Assembly: GCA_963770565.1 (NCBI GenBank)
Contig: CAVYQE010000001.1
Coordinates: 1,056,001 to 1,120,000, forward strand
DNA: 64,000 nucleotides
Source: an uncultured Actinomycetota bacterium
GTDB taxonomy: Bacteria > Actinomycetota > Actinomycetes > JAFAQI01
Reading direction: 5' to 3'
Within the stretch, counting starts at the first letter, position 1. Each line of letters opens with the position of its first letter. Both the position numbers and the translations under genes were made by a program. Positions 10,364 to 20,287 of the stretch are shown here, piece by piece. The notes beneath the pieces were generated by a model, which did not search any database, was not told the DNA's origin, and saw only the letters and a list, made by a program, of their open reading frames with translations.

Positions 10364-11482
10364 ATGAGCGACGTGAGCACGACGCTCGATCCGTCGGCGG
10401 TCGATGCGCTGGTGGCCCGGTGCCGGCGCGATGTCGACGACGGGTTGCTGCCGTCGTGCCAGCTCGCTCTCGGCCTCGGCGGTGAGATCGTGGTCAACGA
10501 GACGATCGGCGCGGAGGCCGGGTCACGGTACGTGACGTTCAGCGTCACGAAGGCGTTCAGCGCCGCGCTCGCCTGGTTGCTGATCGGCGACGGTGTGCTC
10601 TCCGATCACACCCGGGTGGCCGAGGTCGTGCCGGAGTTCGCGACCCACGGCAAGCAGGTCGTGACGATCGAGCATCTGCTCACCCACACGGCCGGCTTCG
10701 CGCGGGCGCCGATGCGACCCGAAGAGGGCGCCGACCGCGAGCAGCGGCTCAAGCGGTTCGCGACCTGGGAGCTCGACTGGGAGCCGGGTACGCGAACCGA
10801 GTATCACGCGACCTCGGCGTACTGGGCGCTGGTCGAGGTGATCGACCGGCTCACCGGCAGCGACTTCCGGACCGTGTTCGCCGATCGGATCGCGGCGCCC
10901 CTGGGGATCACCGGTCTGACCATGGGTGCGCCGGTAGGGGCGCAAGCCGATGTCGCCGTACTCGAACTGGTCGGAGCGCCCGGCGCGGACGGTGAGTCGC
11001 TCGGCGACCGGGTGCGCGAGACCGGCGAGAACTTCCTGTTGCGCTTCAACGAGCCCGAGGTGCTGGCCGCCGGCGTGCCCGGCGCGGGTGCGGTGGCGAG
11101 TGCGGCCGACGTCGCGATGTTCTACCAGGCCTTGCTCCACAATCCAGGTGACGTGTGGTCGGCGGACGTGTTGCACGACGCGACGGCGAATGTGCGCAAC
11201 ACCCTGGTCGATCCACTGTTCACCTGTCCGGCCAACCGGACCCTCGGCCTGGTGGTCGCCGGCGACGACGACAACGCGGTCGTGCGCGGGTTCGGGCGAA
11301 GCGCCGGTCCGCGCGCCTTCGGGGCGATGGGGGTCGGCGGTCAGATCGCCTGGGCCGATCCTGACAGCGGGCTGTCGTTCGCCTACCTCACCAACGGCCT
11401 CGACGTGAATGTTGTGTCGTCGTTCACCCGCTCGGCGAAGATCGCCGGACTGGCCGCGCGGACGGTCCGTCAGCTGTCCTGA
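10364..11482 (+). CDS. Serine hydrolase, beta-lactamase/family VIII esterase type
   Basis: SxxK (FSVTK), LLTHTAG, YH motif, AWADP...SFAYLTN. Confidence 0.88.
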   Translation: MSDVSTTLDPSAVDALVARCRRDVDDGLLPSCQLALGLGGEIVVNETIGAEAGSRYVTFSVTKAFSAALAWLLIGDGVLSDHTRVAEVVPEFATHGKQVVTIEHLLTHTAGFARAPMRPEEGADREQRLKRFATWELDWEPGTRTEYHATSAYWALVEVIDRLTGSDFRTVFADRIAAPLGITGLTMGAPVGAQADVAVLELVGAPGADGESLGDRVRETGENFLLRFNEPEVLAAGVPGAGAVASAADVAMFYQALLHNPGDVWSADVLHDATANVRNTLVDPLFTCPANRTLGLVVAGDDDNAVVRGFGRSAGPRAFGAMGVGGQIAWADPDSGLSFAYLTNGLDVNVVSSFTRSAKIAGLAARTVRQLS

Positions 11483-12612
11483 ACAACGGCGGGCTCGCCG
11501 TCATCGAGTACGGCGGCCGCGATCAGCTCGTTGAGGTAGCGGGTGTCCCAGTGGTTGAGCTGCAGTGACTTCGCGCGGCGGAAGAACAGCTGGATGTCGA
11601 AGTCGAGGGTGAACCCGTTGCCCCCGAAGATCTGCTGCGCGGTCGCGGTCACGTCACGGAACGTCTGGCAGGCGAAGCTCTTGGCCATCGGCGCGAACAC
11701 CGCGAACCGATCGGTTCGGCCGCTCGCCCAGGCGGCCTCCCAGGCGAGGGCTTGCGCACCGTCGACCGCGGTTGTCGCGTCGGCGAGGTAGTGCGAGATC
11801 GCCTGGAACGCGGCGAGCGGCTTGCCGAACTGCTCGCGGGTGTTCGCGTATGCCACCGCGAGCTCGAGCGCCGCGCGCGCTCCGCCGGCCGCCTGTGCGG
11901 CAAGCAGGGTCGCGCCGTCGAGCATCGTGTCGTGCCAGGGCTGCCAGGCCTCGCGGTGCACCAGCGCATCGGCCGGCACGACGACGTCGTCGAACCGGAT
12001 CCTGAACTGGGAGTCCGACGCGACGGTGAGCTGCTGCTCGAGCGTGAGTCCGGCCGCCGTCGTTGGGACCAACACGGCGACGATCCCGCCGGAGGTTTCG
12101 CGGCCGAGGACCGCCATCGAATCGGCGGCCTGTGCGAACGGCACGTGCACCTTCGTTCCCGAGAGCCGCCAGCCGTCACCGTCCGGCGTTGCGCGGAGCT
12201 GAACCCCGGCGGGTCCGTAGCCGCAGTCGGGTTCGAGCGCCGCGACCGTGACGACCGAGTCGCCACTGGCGATCCCGGGCAGGACGCGCGACTTCAACGC
12301 CTGGTCGGACGTACGACCGATCAGGCCGGCCGCCAGGACGCAACTGACGAAATGCGGGCTCGGGACGAGCGCCCGGCCCAGCTCCTCGTAGACCACCGCG
12401 GCGTCGAGCATCGTCATGCCGCTGCCGCCGTACCGCTCGCTGATCAAGACGCCGAGTACGCCGAGTTCGCCGAGCTGGGACCACAGCGCGGCGGAGTAGC
12501 CGACCGGGTCGTCCTCGAGCTTGCGGGCGGTGTCGAGGCCGCCGTGCCGCTCGCAGCTGCGGCGCACGGACTCGCGCAGCAGGTCCTGCTCGGCGGTGAA
12601 GTCCAGGTCCAT
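11470..12612 (-). CDS. Acyl-CoA dehydrogenase (beta-type subunit of heteromeric ACAD)
   Basis: MDLDFTAEQ, EELGRALVPSP, REQFGKPLAAFQAISH, GGNGFT. Confidence 0.9.
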   Translation of the reverse strand: MDLDFTAEQDLLRESVRRSCERHGGLDTARKLEDDPVGYSAALWSQLGELGVLGVLISERYGGSGMTMLDAAVVYEELGRALVPSPHFVSCVLAAGLIGRTSDQALKSRVLPGIASGDSVVTVAALEPDCGYGPAGVQLRATPDGDGWRLSGTKVHVPFAQAADSMAVLGRETSGGIVAVLVPTTAAGLTLEQQLTVASDSQFRIRFDDVVVPADALVHREAWQPWHDTMLDGATLLAAQAAGGARAALELAVAYANTREQFGKPLAAFQAISHYLADATTAVDGAQALAWEAAWASGRTDRFAVFAPMAKSFACQTFRDVTATAQQIFGGNGFTLDFDIQLFFRRAKSLQLNHWDTRYLNELIAAAVLDDGEPAVVQDS

Positions 12613-12627
12613 CGAGGCTCGCTCCGG

Positions 12628-13104
12628 TCAGGGTTGCCAGCGCTCGCCGTGGCGAGCCCAGGGGTTGTCGTCGGCGCCGGCCGGTAGTGCGATCCGGGCG
12701 TTGCAGACGGTGCACTTCCGGTCGCCGACCGCCACCACGATCTCGAGACCGACCCAGCCGCAACCCTGCTCGTCGGTCTCGACCGCGCTGACCGACCCGG
12801 TGAACACCATCGTGTCGCCGGCGCAGATCGAGTCGAACATTCGGAACGACATCCGGCCGAGCCGGCCGGCCGGTCCGCTCCAGTCGGTGATGTATCGCTC
12901 GAACCAGGCGGCCTGGTTGGGTGCGCTGATGAAGATGTCGCGCATCCCGTTGCGCTCGGTCGCGAAGTGGTAGTCGTGATGCTGCGGTCGCCAGTCGCGG
13001 GTCGCGAGTGCGCCCCCGACGACCGTCGTCGCGCTCACGTCGTAGGACAGCGAAGGCAAGGCGGCTCCGACCGTGACGTCGGCCAATGCGCGGGTCGCGA
13101 TCAT
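12628..13104 (-). CDS. MaoC-like (R)-enoyl-CoA hydratase (ChsH1-like)
   Basis: GALATRDWRPQHHD (D-x4-H motif), DIF, TDWSGP. ATG 13104 overlaps upstream stop (ATGA). Confidence 0.82.
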   Translation of the reverse strand: MIATRALADVTVGAALPSLSYDVSATTVVGGALATRDWRPQHHDYHFATERNGMRDIFISAPNQAAWFERYITDWSGPAGRLGRMSFRMFDSICAGDTMVFTGSVSAVETDEQGCGWVGLEIVVAVGDRKCTVCNARIALPAGADDNPWARHGERWQP

Positions 13105-13616
13105 GAGGCCTTCCGTCGATAGCCGAAGCCGGTCCACGACTCGACCCCGACCAGGTCGCCGCGCTGGTTGTGGTACTCGACGTCGATCACCCAGAACCGG
13201 CCGATGCCGAGCTTGGTGTCCTTCTCGGCGCTGACCGACCGCAGCCGCTGACAGCTGGTGATCCGGTCGCCGGGCCGGACCGGTTCGTGGAAGATCAGCG
13301 TGTTGTCGGTCATCACGGCCTCGGGCAGATCGAAGGCCTCCTTCAGATCGAAGTGGATCTGCAGCGGCAGCTTGGGTGCATCGCGGTTCGGCGCCCAGTG
13401 ATGCGGGCGCAGCCAGGTCGAGAGCATCGACGGTGCCGCGATCGGCCCGTCGGTCAGCTCGGCGGCGACCGCGTCGTCCCAGAACAGCGGGTTGCCGTTC
13501 TCGACCGACGCGCACGAGGTCCAGATGTAGCCGCGCTCGACCGGGAACTCGGCCGCCTCTTCGTACTGCGGCTGGTCGATCACGGCACTGATCCGGGCCG
13601 GCAGGTCGCTCGTCAT
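13101..13616 (-). CDS. MaoC/FAS1-like dehydratase partner subunit (ChsH2 N-terminal-like, no DUF35 domain)
   Basis: PVE...ENGNPLFWD...IAAP, PVRPGD, NQRGDLV. Confidence 0.8.
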   Translation of the reverse strand: MTSDLPARISAVIDQPQYEEAAEFPVERGYIWTSCASVENGNPLFWDDAVAAELTDGPIAAPSMLSTWLRPHHWAPNRDAPKLPLQIHFDLKEAFDLPEAVMTDNTLIFHEPVRPGDRITSCQRLRSVSAEKDTKLGIGRFWVIDVEYHNQRGDLVGVESWTGFGYRRKAS

Positions 13617-14773
13617 GCGATCGCCCCCGCGCTGCGCAGCTCGGCGACCTCGTCGGCGCTCAGCCCGGCTTCGGCAAAGATGAGGTCCGTGTCGGTGACC
13701 GACCGGTCGGGCAGCGCATAGCTGCCCTGGCGGGTGACGCCCGCGAACTGCGGCGCGAGCTGAGCGGCACCGGGCCCGGCCGAGCCGGTCGTCTCCGCGA
13801 AAGCGCGCCGAGACCTGAAGCCGGGATCGGCAGCCGCCTCACTCGCGGTCAAGACCGGCGCGACGCAAGTGTCGGCGTCGGCCAGCAGGTCCACCCACTC
13901 GTCTCGCGGTTTCGTGGCGAACGTCGCGGTGAGTGCGGCCCGGAGCTCGTCCTGCGCGTCCTCGTCGTACTGGCGGTCGACCGGCGAGTCGAGGCCGAGC
14001 GCGGTGCAGAGGTTGGCCCAGAACTTCGGCTCGATCGCGGCGACCGTGAGCCAGCCGCCGTCGGCGGCCCGATACGTGTCGTAGCAGGCGAACCGGCCGG
14101 ACAGCGGCGCGCACCCCGGCAGCTGTTCGGCGCCGGTGGCGAGCACGTCGTCGATCTGAAGCGACATGAGTGCAAGGACGCCGTCGGCTACCGCGACATC
14201 GAGGTAGCGGCCTTCACCAGAGCCGGTTCGCGCCACCAAGGCGGCCAGGATTGCGATGACGGCCTGCATCCCGCCGCCCGCACTGTCGGCGATGGTCGCG
14301 CCGGGCAACGGCGGCTTGCCCTCGGCGACCGGCTCGGCGCCGGCGAGGTAGCCGCTGACCCCGAGGTAGTTGAGGTCATGACCGGCCCACTGCGCGCGGA
14401 GACCGCTCTGGCCGTAGCCGGTCGTCGAGCAGTAGACGATGCCGCGGTTGACCGTTTTGACGTCGTCGTAGCCGATACCGAGGCGGTCGACGACGCCGGG
14501 GCGGAAGCTCTCGATCACGACGTCGGCGTGCCCGGCCAGTCGGAGAAACGCGGCCCGACCGGCGTCGGACTTCAGGTCGATCTGCACCTGCCGAGTGCCG
14601 CGACCGCCGCTGTAGTAGTGCGGTTTCGGCACGAGTTGCACGTCCTGGTCGCGCGCGGTGGGTCCGACCCGGATCACGTCGGCGCCGTAGTCGGCGAGCC
14701 ACCCGGAGGCGCGCACGGCCGGGCCCACACTGGCCAGGTCGAGCACTGTGATGCCCTCGAGTAGTCCGGTCAT
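13613..14773 (-). CDS. CaiB/BaiF class III CoA-transferase / alpha-methylacyl-CoA racemase-like
   Basis: LADYGADV, DLKS, ESFRPGVVDRLGIG, GYGQSG, AGHDLNY, AIEPKFW. Confidence 0.9.
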   Translation of the reverse strand: MTGLLEGITVLDLASVGPAVRASGWLADYGADVIRVGPTARDQDVQLVPKPHYYSGGRGTRQVQIDLKSDAGRAAFLRLAGHADVVIESFRPGVVDRLGIGYDDVKTVNRGIVYCSTTGYGQSGLRAQWAGHDLNYLGVSGYLAGAEPVAEGKPPLPGATIADSAGGGMQAVIAILAALVARTGSGEGRYLDVAVADGVLALMSLQIDDVLATGAEQLPGCAPLSGRFACYDTYRAADGGWLTVAAIEPKFWANLCTALGLDSPVDRQYDEDAQDELRAALTATFATKPRDEWVDLLADADTCVAPVLTASEAAADPGFRSRRAFAETTGSAGPGAAQLAPQFAGVTRQGSYALPDRSVTDTDLIFAEAGLSADEVAELRSAGAIA

Positions 14774-14791
14774 CGGCTCAGGTGCCCGCCG

Positions 14792-15976
14792 TCACGCGAA
14801 GTTCTTCGGAAGGCCGAGCTTGCGCCTCGAGATGATGTTCTTCTGCACCTCCGACGTGCCGCCGCCGATGGTGTCGAGGACGGTGTAGCGGTACGTCGAC
14901 TCGGTGCGGCCGCGCATCGGGGCGTCATCCGTACCGACCCGAAGCTGCGTGCCAGGTCCGGCGATGTCCATCGCCGCATCGGCGAGCTGCTTGGAGAACT
15001 CGGTCGCGAACAGCTTGTATTCGCTTGCCTCCGCGGTCGGCGCGGCCCCGCCCTTCACCGACTTGGCGAGGAAGCGCAGACCGAGCACCCGCGCCACCTC
15101 GGCTCTGGTCGTCAGCTCGGCGACCTGCGAACGCACCAGTGGGTCCGCGCGCAACGGCTTGCCGTCGCGGGTCGCGGTCTTGACGTGGTCGACGAGCAGG
15201 TCGAGCCGCTGTTTGATCGGCGAGAAGGTGAACATCGTGAAGCGCTCGAGGTCGAGCGCCTCGGAAATGTACTGGAATCCGCGGCCGAGGTCACCGACGA
15301 CGTAGTCGTTGGGCACTCGAACGTCGTCGAAGAACACCTCGTTGGTGCGCTCGTTGCCCATCGTGCGGATCTCTTTGACGGTGAGCCCCGGGTGGTCCAT
15401 CGGCACCAGGAACAACGTGATGCCGTGGTGCTTGGGCGCCTCCGGATCGGTCCGGGCGCCGACCCAGTACCAGTCAGCGAAATGCGCGGACGTGGTCCAG
15501 ATCTTCTGTCCGTTGAGCACCCACTCGTCGCCGTCCCGTACGGCCGAGAGCCGCATCGCCGCGGCGTCGCTTCCGGCGTCCGGCTCGCTGTAGCCCACCG
15601 CGAACTCGATCTCGGCGTTCATGATCTTCGGCAGGAACTCGGCCTTGAGTCGATCACTGCCGTGCCGCAGCAGGGTCTTGCCGATGATCCCGACGCCCTT
15701 GCCGATCTGCGGTCCGCCTCTGGCGGCGAGTGCCTCGTTCAACAGGTATTCGTAGACCCCGTCGCCGTCTTTGCCGCCCCACTCCTTGGGCCAGGTGATG
15801 CCGAGCCAGCCGCGTTTGGCGAGCTTTGCCATGAACGCGCGCCGGGCGGGGGTGTCCACGATCTGCGCCATGTTCTCCCGGGTGAGGTCGAACACCTCGG
15901 GGTCGTCGTTGGCGTCCAGGAAGTCCTCGACCTCAGCGAGGAAGGCTCGCTGCTCGGGGGTGAAGTCGAAGTCCAT
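14792..15976 (-). CDS. Acyl-CoA dehydrogenase (alpha-type subunit, FadE26/FadE29-like)
   Basis: FAVGYSEPDAGSD, NGQKIWTT, RTDPEAPKHHGI, LDLER, TIGGGTSEVQKNII. Confidence 0.92.
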   Translation of the reverse strand: MDFDFTPEQRAFLAEVEDFLDANDDPEVFDLTRENMAQIVDTPARRAFMAKLAKRGWLGITWPKEWGGKDGDGVYEYLLNEALAARGGPQIGKGVGIIGKTLLRHGSDRLKAEFLPKIMNAEIEFAVGYSEPDAGSDAAAMRLSAVRDGDEWVLNGQKIWTTSAHFADWYWVGARTDPEAPKHHGITLFLVPMDHPGLTVKEIRTMGNERTNEVFFDDVRVPNDYVVGDLGRGFQYISEALDLERFTMFTFSPIKQRLDLLVDHVKTATRDGKPLRADPLVRSQVAELTTRAEVARVLGLRFLAKSVKGGAAPTAEASEYKLFATEFSKQLADAAMDIAGPGTQLRVGTDDAPMRGRTESTYRYTVLDTIGGGTSEVQKNIISRRKLGLPKNFA

Positions 15977-15993
15977 CGGCGGGGAGTCTATCC

Positions 15994-16018
15994 AGAATCT
16001 GACGGGTCGTCAGATTCT
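15994..16018. promoter_or_regulatory. Perfect inverted repeat AGAATCTGACG-GGT-CGTCAGATTCT, putative TetR operator (copy 1)
   Basis: 11-bp arms and 3-bp spacer, located between two divergent -10-like boxes (TAGACT on minus at 15985-15990, TAGGAT at 16031-16036). Confidence 0.8.
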
Positions 16019-16041
16019 CTGCCAGGTCACTAGGATCGGTC

Positions 16042-17100
16042 GTGATGGACTTCACCTTCAGCCCAGAGCAAGAGGATCTGCGCCGTGCGCTCCGCGCAGT
16101 CGCGGCCGACCATTGCGCGCCGGCGCGACTGCGTGAGGTCATCGGCTCCGACGACGGGTACGACGACAACCTATGGCGCATGTTGGCCGACGAGCTCGGC
16201 CTGACCGGACTGGTTGTCAGCGAGACGCACGGCGGCAGCGGCGGATCGTTCGTCGACGCGGCGGTCGCACTCGAGGTGGCCGGCGCTGCACTGTTTCCGG
16301 TGCCGTTGCTGACCAGCCTGGTCGCGGCGGCGGCGATCGAACGCTCCGACTCCAGTTGCGGCGCCGATGTGCTGCCGGCGATCTCCGCCGGCGAACGACT
16401 TGCCGCGGTCGTGGTGGCGCCGGACCTGCACGGCGCGAGTGGTCGGTTGACCGGCACGATCCGACATGTGATCGACGGTCATCGCGCCGACCTGCTTGTC
16501 GTTGCGGCGGACGATGGTCTGTGGCTGGTCGACCGGTCGGCTCCGGGGGTCGAGGTCGACGGGGCGCGAACCCTCGATCTCACCCGGTCGCAGGCGAGCG
16601 TGTCGCTCGACGCCTGCCCGGCCGAGCGACTCGGTGATGTCGCAGTGTCGGCTGCGGCGGTCGACCTGCTTCGGACCGCGTTGGCGGTGGAGTCGATCGG
16701 AGTCACGCGGCACTGTCTGGACTCGACCGTCGACTACCTCAAGACCCGCGTGCAGTTCGGCCGGCCGATCGGTTCGTTCCAGGCGCTGCAGCATCGAGCC
16801 GCGGACCTGGTCGTGGAGCTGGAGTCGGCGGCTTCGACGGCGTACTACGCGGCCTGGGCCGCCGCGGACTCGCCGGCCGAGCTACCGGTCGTGGCACCGT
16901 TGGCAAAGTCGGTCTGCGCGGATGCGGCCTACCGGATCGCGGCCGAGACGATCCAGCTGCACGGCGGGATGGGCTTCACCTGGGAACACGACGCGCACCT
17001 GTATTTCAAGCGTGCAACCGCCACTCGATTGATGCTCGGGGACAGCCACATCCAACGGCAACTGGTCGCCGAACGCGCCGGGATCTTCATCGCGGGTTAG
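16042..17100 (+). CDS. Acyl-CoA dehydrogenase (beta-type subunit)
   Basis: MDFTFSPEQ, TLDLTRS, RVQFGRPIGSFQALQH, HGGMGFTWEHDAHLYFKR. Confidence 0.9.
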   Translation: MMDFTFSPEQEDLRRALRAVAADHCAPARLREVIGSDDGYDDNLWRMLADELGLTGLVVSETHGGSGGSFVDAAVALEVAGAALFPVPLLTSLVAAAAIERSDSSCGADVLPAISAGERLAAVVVAPDLHGASGRLTGTIRHVIDGHRADLLVVAADDGLWLVDRSAPGVEVDGARTLDLTRSQASVSLDACPAERLGDVAVSAAAVDLLRTALAVESIGVTRHCLDSTVDYLKTRVQFGRPIGSFQALQHRAADLVVELESAASTAYYAAWAAADSPAELPVVAPLAKSVCADAAYRIAAETIQLHGGMGFTWEHDAHLYFKRATATRLMLGDSHIQRQLVAERAGIFIAG

Positions 17101-17165
17101 CCGACCGCGCGGCCCACATCGTCGCTGTCCTCTCCACAGGCAGGTCGGCTCGATACCGTGGTCGG

Positions 17166-17432
17166 GTGAGCGGCGAGCGAGTGCCCGGCGGGGTGGTGCA
17201 CAAACTTCCCCCGGACCTGCGCGTGGCGCTGGTCGGCAACATCACGGCACTCGATGCGTGGAAGGACATCACCCCGTTGGCCCGCAACGAGTTCATCTGC
17301 TGGGTCGAGGACGCCAAGCAAGAGAAGACCCGGATCCGCCGGATCCGCCGTACCCAGGAGGAGCTGGAGGAGGGCATGCGCCGGCCCTGTTGCTGGCCGG
17401 GGTGCAGCCACCGGGAGCGCAACGGCAGATAG
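17166..17432 (+). CDS. YdeI/OmpD-associated family small protein
   Basis: LPPDL..AL...W..ITPLARNEFICWVEDAKQEKTR..RI, plus RRPCCWPGCSHR tail. Confidence 0.8.
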   Translation: MSGERVPGGVVHKLPPDLRVALVGNITALDAWKDITPLARNEFICWVEDAKQEKTRIRRIRRTQEELEEGMRRPCCWPGCSHRERNGR

Positions 17433-17470
17433 CTTGCTTATTGCGCCAAGTCTTCCTTACCGTACTAAGG

Positions 17471-18581
17471 GTGGGGTTGACGGAGCGCGAGCGCGAGATC
17501 GTGGAGTTGCTACGCCGCGACCCGCTGATCAGCTCCGAGGCAATCGCCGGCCTGCTCGGGACGTCTCGGGCATCGGTCAACGTCCACCTGTCGAACCTCG
17601 GTAAGAAGGGCGTCATCCTCGGCCGGGGCTACATCCTCGGCGAGCAGCCGGGCGTCGTGGTCATCGGTGGGTCGAACGTCGACATCAAGGCCCACAGCAC
17701 GGCGCGCGCGACGCCGAAGACCAGCAACCCCGGGCGGGCTTCGATGACGCCTGGTGGTGTCGGCCGCAACATCGCGGAGAACCTCGCGCGGCTCGGAGTT
17801 CGGACGTACCTGGTCAGCGCCGTAGGTCGCGACCCGTTGGGCGACAGTCTGTTGAGCGAGACGGTTGCGGCCGGAGTGCGCTGCGAGTACGTGCACCGAA
17901 CGGACCAGTCGACCGGCACCTACACCGCGGTTCTCGACTCTGACGGAGAGTTGCTGGTTGCGGTCTCTGACATGGCGGCGGTCGCTGCGATCGGGCCCGG
18001 GCACGTCAACGAGGCCCGGGACGTCATCGCGACGGCCGGCCTGCTCGTGCTCGACGGCAACCTTGCGGTCCCGGCGATCACCCATGCCCGCGACCTCGCG
18101 GCCGCAGCGAATGTGCGCGTCATCCTCGAGCCGGTCAGCGTGCCCAAGGCGACGGTGATCGCGTCGTGTATCTCGCGCGGACCAGCCGCTGTACGCCGTC
18201 ACCCCCAACCGCGACGAGCTCGCTGCCTTGACCGGCCTTCCCACCAAGACCGACCCGCAGATGCGGAAGGCGATCGCCCGCCTGCACGGACGCGGCGTCG
18301 ACCATGTCTGGGTGCGCCTCGGCGCCGGCGGCTCGCTGCTCAGTACGGCGTCGTCCGGTACGACGTTGCTGCCGGCCGGCGCCGCCACCGTCGAGGACGT
18401 GACCGGCGCCGGCGACGCGATGCTGGCCGCGTTCTGTTACGCCGTGCTCAACGGCAGCGACCCGGTCGACGGCGCGCGTTACGGTCAGGCCGCCGCGGTG
18501 CTCACCCTCGCCAGCCCCCACACGGTCCGCCCCGATCTCACCTCGCGGCTGATCGAGTCCGCGCTGACCTCGGCGCGCTGA
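17471..18581 (+). CDS. psuK: HTH-PfkB family kinase (pseudouridine kinase-like), frameshift at ~18175
   Basis: N-terminal wHTH (SRASVNVHLSNL.KKG.ILGRGY), GGVGRNIAENL, and in another frame TPNRDEL and DVTGAGDA. Adjacent to psuG. Confidence 0.75.
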
Positions 18582-18592
18582 GGAGAATCCCT

Positions 18593-19521
18593 GTGACGAC
18601 CCCGCATCCGTCCCTCATGTCCTCACCGACGAGGTGGCCAGAGCCTTACGCGACGGTGCTCCCGTCGTCGCGCTGGAGAGCACGATCATCAGTCACGGCA
18701 TGCCGTATCCGCAGAACGTCGAGATGGCCACCGGGGTCGAGCAGATCGTCCGGAGCCTCGGCGCGGTGCCGGCGACCATCGCCGTCCTGAGTGGCCGGCC
18801 ACGGATCGGCCTCGAGGCGGCGGACGTCGAACTGCTCGCGTCCAGCCCGGACGTCATGAAGGTGAGCGTCCGCGACCTTCCGGTCGTCATTGCAAGGGGC
18901 GGCCACGGCGCCACTACGGTGGCTGCGACGATGCGGCTGGCAGCGCTGGCCGGGATCCGGGTCTTCGTCACCGGCGGACTCGGCGGCGTACACCGCGGCG
19001 CGCAACAAAGTTTCGACGTCAGCGCCGATCTGACCGAGCTGTCCACGACCGATGTCGCGGTGATCTCCGCCGGCGTGAAGAGCATCCTCGACATCGGTCT
19101 CACCCTCGAGGCGCTGGAAACCCTGCGGGTGCCGGTCCTCGCCTATCGCACCGACGAGTTCCCGGCGTTCTTTTCACGGAGCAGTGGATGCCCGGCGCCG
19201 GCCCGCGCCGACACCCCGGAGGAGGTCGCCGCGGTCATGGCCACCAAGTGGGACCTCGGCATCGACGGCGGGATCGTGGTCGCCAACCCGATCCCCACCG
19301 CCGACGAGATCCCGGCCGAGAAGATCGACGCGATCATCGAGCGTGCGCTCGAAGACATGGACGCCGGCGGCATTCAGGGCAAGGAGGCCACCCCGTTCTT
19401 GCTCCGCCGGATCGTGGAGCTCACCGGCGGAGCCAGCCTCACCGCCAACATCGCGCTTGTGAACAACAACGCCCGACTCGGCGCCGAGATCGCCATCGCG
19501 TACGCCGCACTCACCCGCTGA
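18593..19521 (+). CDS. psuG: Pseudouridine-5'-phosphate glycosidase, frameshift at ~18620
   Basis: VALESTIISHGMPYPQN, ATTVA, TGGLGGVHRG, DVSADL, KSILD, TPFLL. AGGAG SD before GTG 18593. Confidence 0.92.
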
Positions 19522-19605
19522 CACCGAAGCCTCGGAAGCCGCGACGTCTACTGAGCAGCGTTCGGAATTCCGAGCACCGGCAGGCATTCCTCAACGCTCT
19601 GGCGG

Positions 19606-20193
19606 TCAGTCGACGAGCGCGGTGCCGTAGACCGTGCAGTCGCTGTGCGCACCAAATGTCGAGGCGCGGTCAAACGCAAGGTCCAAAGTGATCGTCTTGC
19701 CGCTGAAGGTCGCGTACACCGCAGTGAGGCTGCCTTCGTTATGACCGGCGAGCATGCTGGCGGTGAATGCTGTGGACTCGTCGAAGTTGTATTGGGTCCC
19801 GTCACCCACGCCGCTCACATGAAACTCGCTGGCCGGCGCAGTCGCTTCGAGGGTGGGCGCCGTGCCCGTGCACCCGGCCTTGAGGACCAGACCGTCTGCG
19901 CTGAAGACGGTCCGAGCCGAGGTGTTCTGCGGTTCGGCGAAGAAGACCTTCCTGATCGTGAATCCGTTCACGGTGGCGGCCTTGGGGACGCTCCCGAGCG
20001 TCGACTCCCGGATCTGTGTCCCGGTCAACGAGTCTTTCCGGATCCGGTTGCCCGACAGCGAGTGCACCTTGATCAGCTTGTCGCCGCTGCTCCGATGGGC
20101 GGCGGCCGCCTCTGCCGATCCGGCGAATGCGATCACCACCGCCGCGACCGCGATGAGCGTCGCCGTCCGACGACCCGGGATCGAAACCTTCAT
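19606..20193 (-). CDS. Secreted hypothetical protein
   Basis: AGGAG SD, signal peptide ending AEA, then SLSGNRIRKDSLTGTQIRESTLGSVPKA short repeats and a beta-rich domain with two Cys. Confidence 0.7.
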   Translation of the reverse strand: MKVSIPGRRTATLIAVAAVVIAFAGSAEAAAAHRSSGDKLIKVHSLSGNRIRKDSLTGTQIRESTLGSVPKAATVNGFTIRKVFFAEPQNTSARTVFSADGLVLKAGCTGTAPTLEATAPASEFHVSGVGDGTQYNFDESTAFTASMLAGHNEGSLTAVYATFSGKTITLDLAFDRASTFGAHSDCTVYGTALVD

Positions 20194-20287
20194 GGCTCCT
20201 CCTGTCACTCCGGCCAATCAGCCCGGCAGGCGCCGGCGCGGCGAGCGTTTCACTTTCGTTCTGGGTGCGCTACGGCAAGATGCGACT

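Noticed and set aside
10364-11482. Beta-lactam resistance gene
   Set aside because: No signal peptide and located in a lipid catabolic operon; family VIII esterase-like.
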